NCBI GenBank assembly: GCA_030586555.1
Contig: JAURAC010000029.1
Span: 1 to 40,311 of the forward strand
DNA from: Candidatus Subterrananammoxibius californiae
Lineage (GTDB): Bacteria > Planctomycetota > Brocadiia > Brocadiales > Subterrananammoxibiaceae
Direction of reading: 5' to 3'
DNA length: 40,311 nt
Shown here piece after piece: positions 35,149 through 40,311 of the stretch. The translations under genes were made by a program, and so were the position numbers. Each line of letters opens with the position of its first letter. Within the stretch, counting starts at the first letter, position 1. The notes beneath the pieces are model-generated. The model did no database searches. It was not told where the DNA came from and saw nothing but the letters and a program-made list of their open reading frames with translations.

Positions 35149-36783
35149 CTATTTGCGAAATACGCGTTGAAAGAAAATGATTCCAATCGCACCCACAATG
35201 AAGTTGGCCCCCCATAAGGCAGGGATTACTGGAAGTATCAGGTCGTCCGCAAGCACCCAACCTGCCATAACAAGGGGATAATACAAAATTAGAGCTAAAA
35301 GGAAGCTTATCCCTATGCTAATCAAGATGTTGCCGCATCTTGTCATTATTCCGAGTGGGATGCCAAGCAAGACAAAGACAAGACAGGAAAGCGAGGGTGA
35401 CAGCCTTTTATGAATGGTGATAGAGGTTTCATGCTGTAGTTCCTGTTTTTTAGCCTTCTCAAGGCGTGCTACAAGGGGTATTCGTTTTTCTTTTAATTCG
35501 TTTTCCCGTTCATTGAGTACATCAAGGCTGGACGTTGCACCCTCAATGGTCGCTTTCTCCTGTTCCTGTGATTTCTCTAATGCTGAAATATACTGTTGTG
35601 CATCTTGAATTTTTTGTTGTTCCTTTGAAATGCGTTTATTAATCTTGGCAACCTCTTCAGTTCCACCAACCTCTTCAACGTCTTCTTCACTGAACAGTCT
35701 TATACTGTCGAGGTGCTGTTCCTCGCCTTTGGTTTTTAGTTCCTGCATGATTTGTTCTACACTGTTTTTTGCCCTTATTATTTGTTGCTCGGAAAGCTTA
35801 ATATCTTCTTTCAAAGCCTCTACTTTTGCAGTCTGCTTGGTGACGTTTTCGCTGGCATCTTTAATCCTGGAGACAATGATTTCTTGCTCTTCCAATGATT
35901 GCTTAAGTTCGCTATCCAGCGTTAGAATCTCCTTAAGTGTCGTTTCTTTTACCTGCCTTGGGTATTTGAACAGTTCTCCGGGGTCGCCTAATTCTTGAGT
36001 GACCTTTTTTCTGAGGGCAAAGAGTTGCGGAAGCGTCAAGAACTTCCTGGTTGTCTCGCTTATCTTTATCTGTAGAGGAATCTCAAAGGTAGTCTCCTCA
36101 AAGTTTCCAGTTTTTGGGATATCTCCAGGCTTCCTGTAATTGGGCTTAAAGAATTCTCCATTTCGTAAGGTGAGCATAACAATGTTCTCAGGTTCATTTA
36201 TATTGATTGTGCCTTCTTTGGCTATAAGTACGTTGGTTACATAATCATCCGCGTATTCTATAACAACAAGACGCTTGTACGTTGTGCCTTCAATAGCCCC
36301 TATATATATGTGGTAGGGCTCAAGCGTCATCTTCCTTTGCCTGCCTGAGGTGGAGGCGCGTCCTGCAAGGATTTGCTTTACAGCTCGTTCTTGTAATATT
36401 TGAACCCGGTAGAAAGCCCTCGGCAGCACCTTTGCATTCAGGTACAGCGTGAGGACGCTGAAGATTATTCCTACAAAAATTATTGGTATAATTATTATAC
36501 GAAGATGGACACCACAAGTCCTGATAGCGCTGAGCTCATTATCAGCACACAGTCTTCCGTATACCACTACAGTTGCCGTTAGTAAGGCTGCGGGCAGTGC
36601 ATACGGGCAGGCGTAAAGAAGCATATAAGGGATTAATGGCCTGAGGTTGATGATGTCGAGTCCTTTATGTACTAATTGCACTGAAAATCCCAGAAACAGA
36701 AAGAGTTCAAAACAGGCAAACGCTGGCAGGAATGCCCTGCCCAACTCCTTTAATAAGTAACGTTGTAGAATTAATGTCACCAC
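35149..36783 (-). CDS. LptF/LptG-family permease with a long coiled-coil insertion
   Basis: ILQRYLLKEL, YGRLCADNELSAIRTCG and HKRLSPSLSCLVFVLLGIPLG; 3+3 TM layout. Confidence 0.88.
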   Translation of the reverse strand: MVTLILQRYLLKELGRAFLPAFACFELFLFLGFSVQLVHKGLDIINLRPLIPYMLLYACPYALPAALLTATVVVYGRLCADNELSAIRTCGVHLRIIIIPIIFVGIIFSVLTLYLNAKVLPRAFYRVQILQERAVKQILAGRASTSGRQRKMTLEPYHIYIGAIEGTTYKRLVVIEYADDYVTNVLIAKEGTININEPENIVMLTLRNGEFFKPNYRKPGDIPKTGNFEETTFEIPLQIKISETTRKFLTLPQLFALRKKVTQELGDPGELFKYPRQVKETTLKEILTLDSELKQSLEEQEIIVSRIKDASENVTKQTAKVEALKEDIKLSEQQIIRAKNSVEQIMQELKTKGEEQHLDSIRLFSEEDVEEVGGTEEVAKINKRISKEQQKIQDAQQYISALEKSQEQEKATIEGATSSLDVLNERENELKEKRIPLVARLEKAKKQELQHETSITIHKRLSPSLSCLVFVLLGIPLGIMTRCGNILISIGISFLLALILYYPLVMAGWVLADDLILPVIPALWGANFIVGAIGIIFFQRVFRK

Positions 36784-36971
36784 TTGTTTACCTCGAAATT
36801 AGAAAGGCGAAGAGGGCAAGTAGACAGAAAACAGTGGAGAGGGGGGAAAAGAAATTGTAAATTGAAAATTGGAAATTTTAAAATTTGCACTTTGCATTTT
36901 TCAATTTTTTCCCAGTCTACCGTCTACTATCAACTTGTTTTGCCTCTTTACCTCTTAACCTTTTTGCCTTT

Positions 36972-37622
36972 TCACCTATGTCGGGTAACCCCTACCTTCT
37001 CGCAGAAATTGGCAATCTTGCACTTGCTGCACCACGGAGAAATTGGTACACAAATGTTTTGACCGTGAGTAACCAGAAGGTCGTTAAAGGTCACCCAATA
37101 TTTTGTTGGTAATTTCTCCCTCAAGGCAAATTCAGTTTGTTCAGGAGTCTTTGTTTTTACATACCCGAGCCTGTTTACTATCCTGTGAACGTGCGTGTCA
37201 ACGCAAATCCCGAGTTTTTCATACCCAAGGGTTACAACGAGGTTAGCAGTCTTTCTGCCAACACCCTTTAATTTAAGTAATTCATCAATTTCATCGGGCA
37301 CCTTGCCGTTATAGTGATTAAGCAAGGTTGCGCAGATTTCCTTAGTCCTTCTTGCCTTGGTCTTATAAAATCCAACAGGGTAGATAGCCTTCTCAATCTG
37401 TGAGACCTCAAGTGTAACCATTTTTTCTGGCGAATCTGCCAAATTAAAAAGCCTTTCGGATGCCTTTCTTGTAACTGCATCCTTCGTTCGGAGGCTTAGA
37501 AGACATGATATAAGCACCTTAAAAGGATCGCGGCTTTTAGAGACCTCCGTAACTATTGGAACCGTATATTTTTTAGTCTCACGGTTTAAGATACGGATAA
37601 TCTTATCAATACTTTGCCCCAC
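36972..37622 (-). CDS. nth: Endonuclease III
   Basis: HhH segment LKGVGRKTAN; VDTHVHR; CX6CX2CX5C Fe-S motif. Confidence 0.95.
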   Translation of the reverse strand: MGQSIDKIIRILNRETKKYTVPIVTEVSKSRDPFKVLISCLLSLRTKDAVTRKASERLFNLADSPEKMVTLEVSQIEKAIYPVGFYKTKARRTKEICATLLNHYNGKVPDEIDELLKLKGVGRKTANLVVTLGYEKLGICVDTHVHRIVNRLGYVKTKTPEQTEFALREKLPTKYWVTFNDLLVTHGQNICVPISPWCSKCKIANFCEKVGVTRHR

Positions 37623-37638
37623 CGTCCCCTCGCTTCTT

Positions 37639-37668
37639 CACGGACAAACGAGTTTGTCCATGCCACCC
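37639..37668 (-). repeat. GGGTGG-type REP
   Basis: CACGGACAAACGAGTTTGTCCATGCCACCC. Confidence 0.85.
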
Positions 37669-37683
37669 CGTTACCTCTGGGGG

Positions 37684-37734
37684 AACCACCCCTTAGTCCC
37701 CTCCTTGCGAAGGAGGGGGTAAAGGGGAGGTAAC
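37684..37734. repeat. 51-nt palindromic element that supplies the C-terminus and stop of the upstream membrane protein
   Basis: Inverted copy of 9871-9921; translates as VTSPLPPPSQGGD*. Confidence 0.85.
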
Positions 37735-39237
37735 CTCTTGTTTTATGCTAAAAACCGTACAAAAGCTATCCTGATACTCTTTCTTGAAATGCTTATCTTC
37801 TTTAGCCTTCTTTATGAAATCCGCATGCCCATTATCCGTTATCACATATCGAGCGCCAAAGGTCTCCTGTATGGCATTTGAGGGATTTTTTATTTCTCCG
37901 CGTGTAATCTTCTTCCATTTTATATAAAGCTGCGGGTCAAGATAGTACATATAATCAGGGGCTAATCCAACAATGTAGTAATTCTCAGAGTTGTAAAGAA
38001 AGAGGTAGGGAAAATCGTCCCAATCGGTATTAAACACTACGGATTTTGGTTCTGTGTGTGTCTTCAACCATAGCGCTCCACCTTTAAAAAAATCGCTTCT
38101 TCTGGAGTCTTTAATCGCACTTCTTGCCTCAATAAAATTACGGGGTAAAAAGAAAGAAAGCAATAGGCAACAAACAATGAGCAATGAGCGATGAGCAATG
38201 AACTGTAAGTTACTGTTCCCTGTCTCCTGTTTCCTGTCTCCTGTCCCCTGCATTTTTAACCCCTCGAAAACGTCCCTAATTAGAAAGGCAGAAAGTATAA
38301 CGGTAAACGGTGGCCAGTATTCAACCCACCTCCTTGACCTTAAAAACATAATAAGCAGAAGCAGGGAGAAGAAAAGCAGCCCGAGGGTGTCGCCCTTCAG
38401 CCTTGTACCCTTTATTAAGGAAATAATTACGGCAGCAAAGAATACGATGAAAGTTAACCCACTGTCAGTGGCAAAAAACCATGTATAGTAAGGACTCCAT
38501 TCACTTCCAACCGCCATAATCTCTACCGGTGCTGCTGTCCTTGTTAGATTAAAGATATAAGACCCAATATTATTCGGAAAGTAAGGATTAACCACGATTC
38601 CAATAACTATCCCAGCAAGACAGTATATAAGCACCTTGTAATCCAGCTCTTTTTTTATTATATACCTGCTTATGAAAAAACATAGCGCAATAAAAAAAGT
38701 TAAGACAAACGCATCGTACAGCCATACGAAGAAAAAGGAAAGTATCCCAAGTGATAGATACCGTCGTTTCAAGATAAAATAGATGGTTGCTAATAGACAG
38801 GCTAATGAAATACTTTGAATCCTCGGCATACTCATACGGTAAAGGAAGGCATGTGAGGATGCAAGTACAAGCCCCGCCCATAGAAATGGCAATTTTATAT
38901 TACATTCTTTCATTACCCAGTAAGCGCTGAATATAGCAATGGTGGGGAACACCACGGCGGTCCATTTTGCGCTGTTAAGTAAGTCCCCGAAGGTAAATGG
39001 GATGTAAAGAATGTGCTGAAGAAAATGATGGTCACGATAGTAATCTTTATGAATGGTAAACTGGAGCCATGGGAGAGCCTTGATGAAGCCGATTTTTCTC
39101 ATCAAGTAACTAAATTTTATATGAAAATGTCCATCAGGGTCTATAATGTTCGGTGTAGAGAACTGCAACAAATAAAAAAAAAAGAAAACAAATACCACAA
39201 GACCCCCTGTTAAGAAGGCGTCAGCCGTTTTTTTCAT
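37693..39237 (-). CDS. Polytopic membrane protein, GT-C glycosyltransferase-like
   Basis: Many TM helices; acidic DPDGHFH loop after TM1; NPY and EW motifs; soluble C-terminal domain. Confidence 0.7.
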   Translation of the reverse strand: MKKTADAFLTGGLVVFVFFFFYLLQFSTPNIIDPDGHFHIKFSYLMRKIGFIKALPWLQFTIHKDYYRDHHFLQHILYIPFTFGDLLNSAKWTAVVFPTIAIFSAYWVMKECNIKLPFLWAGLVLASSHAFLYRMSMPRIQSISLACLLATIYFILKRRYLSLGILSFFFVWLYDAFVLTFFIALCFFISRYIIKKELDYKVLIYCLAGIVIGIVVNPYFPNNIGSYIFNLTRTAAPVEIMAVGSEWSPYYTWFFATDSGLTFIVFFAAVIISLIKGTRLKGDTLGLLFFSLLLLIMFLRSRRWVEYWPPFTVILSAFLIRDVFEGLKMQGTGDRKQETGNSNLQFIAHRSLLIVCCLLLSFFLPRNFIEARSAIKDSRRSDFFKGGALWLKTHTEPKSVVFNTDWDDFPYLFLYNSENYYIVGLAPDYMYYLDPQLYIKWKKITRGEIKNPSNAIQETFGARYVITDNGHADFIKKAKEDKHFKKEYQDSFCTVFSIKQEVTSPLPPPSQGGD

Positions 39238-39297
39238 AACTTACAATTGTAACCATCTAAAAAACGTAAAGCAAGCGCAAAAAGAAGCAGGCTAAGA

Positions 39298-39373
39298 GGG
39301 TGGCATGGACAAATTTATTTGTCCGTGCCATCCAACATCTGTACACGGATAAACAAGTTTATCCGTGCCACCC
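39298..39373. repeat. Inverted doublet of GGGTGG-type REPs
   Basis: Copies at 39298-39333 and 39344-39373. Confidence 0.85.
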
Positions 39374-39533
39374 CCTTAACGTAATATTTATTGCAATTAT
39401 AACCGATATTATTATAATTATGTGAAGAATGACAAATGGAAGAATGTACTCTTAAAATATACAGCTTAACCACCTCAGCAGAACGGGATAAAGTCTACGG
39501 CTATAATATGAAATGCACAGGGATTAAATCATC

Positions 39534-40311
39534 ATGAAACTCAGAACGAAATTAATAGCAGGTTTTTTCAGCATGGTGGTACTCCTCTTGACAGCAGGCA
39601 CTTTTGCATATCTTGCCGTGGATAGAGTATCAAAAAGCGCCAAAATCTTTGAAGAAAACACACTGTACCTTGACCTTGTAAGCCGCCTTCAACTCGCTAT
39701 CGAAAGGTCGGTAATGCCGCCCAATGACTATCTCATACATGGCAATATAGCAGAAAGAGAGAATTTCTTATCAATCGCGGAGCAGATAGATAAAATGATA
39801 GAAGCACTCCGGATGATGGCTATTAACGAAGAAGAACGAAAACTCATAAATGACGCGGGAGGTGCATTTGCAAATCTTAAAGATGCGGCGCTGTATTATA
39901 TTTTAAATGATACAGTTGAGGGTGAGAGTCGTGCTAAATCAATGGAAGAAATGGATGCTATGGCTGAGAATGCAATAAGAAAAATAGACATACTTAACCA
40001 TTACGCCTATAAGAAAGCAGTAGAAACTGCACATCAGGAGCGCCTTTATAGAAAACACACAAATATACTTTTACTTATATGCGCTGCGTTATTTGTAATA
40101 GATGCCTCAGTCTCCGGCTTCTTTATCTGGCATTCAATATCGAAGCCTCTTAAATCTCTGCTAAATAGTGTGGGAATAATTACCCACGGCAAGCTTGACC
40201 ACCGCGTCTCTGTACCAGCCCATGGAGAATTTAAAGAGCTGGCGGATAGCTTTAATACAATGGTTGGAAGCCTTCAGGGCTCATTCTCGAATTTGGAAGA
40301 AGAAAAGAACA
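39534..40311 (+). CDS. Membrane sensor protein (TM, helical periplasmic domain, TM, HAMP), truncated by the window end
   Basis: Manual translation MKLRTKLIAGFFSMVVLLL...ISKPLKSLLNSVGIITHGKLDHRV...EFKELADSFNTM; no stop seen before the window end. Confidence 0.88.
   Translation, partial: MKLRTKLIAGFFSMVVLLLTAGTFAYLAVDRVSKSAKIFEENTLYLDLVSRLQLAIERSVMPPNDYLIHGNIAERENFLSIAEQIDKMIEALRMMAINEEERKLINDAGGAFANLKDAALYYILNDTVEGESRAKSMEEMDAMAENAIRKIDILNHYAYKKAVETAHQERLYRKHTNILLLICAALFVIDASVSGFFIWHSISKPLKSLLNSVGIITHGKLDHRVSVPAHGEFKELADSFNTMVGSLQGSFSNLEEEKN

Noticed and set aside
36784..37112. Plus-strand ORFs between the LptF/G gene and nth
   Set aside because: They are translations of low-complexity heptamer repeats and partly antisense to nth
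9279..39373. 30-nt palindromic repeat considered as a CRISPR repeat
   Set aside because: Copies are dispersed kilobases apart with no regular spacers and no cas genes; this is REP behaviour

Overview
A 40.3-kb bacterial chromosomal window of moderate GC. The gene content is compatible with a Planctomycetota/Brocadiia-like lineage, but that placement is a weak inference. The backbone carries purM, a PIN-type toxin-antitoxin pair, a hybrid histidine kinase with a downstream radical SAM gene, an FTCD-C-like cyclodeaminase, a LysM L,D-transpeptidase, a DUF1858-cupin-cupin-DUF2249 cluster, ogt, hutU-hutI, a nicotinamidase-like hydrolase, a GH57-based glycogen cluster with an embedded two-component system, an LptF/G permease, nth, a GT-C-like membrane protein and a partial HAMP sensor. 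The strongest candidate for an undescribed system is a GC-richer three-gene minus-strand operon at 14760-18851. It encodes a signal-peptide-less S8 protease with a Pro-rich repeat tail, a B12-dependent RiPP-type radical SAM methyltransferase (CX7CX2C, RRE-like C-terminus), and a stand-alone copy of the protease prodomain. No separate precursor gene is visible, so the protease tail may be the substrate. The window is also dense in small palindromic repeats of several families, some nested inside one another or inserted in frame into genes. It further contains a deleted RAYT transposase remnant and several antitoxin-like genes whose toxin partners are decayed or missing.
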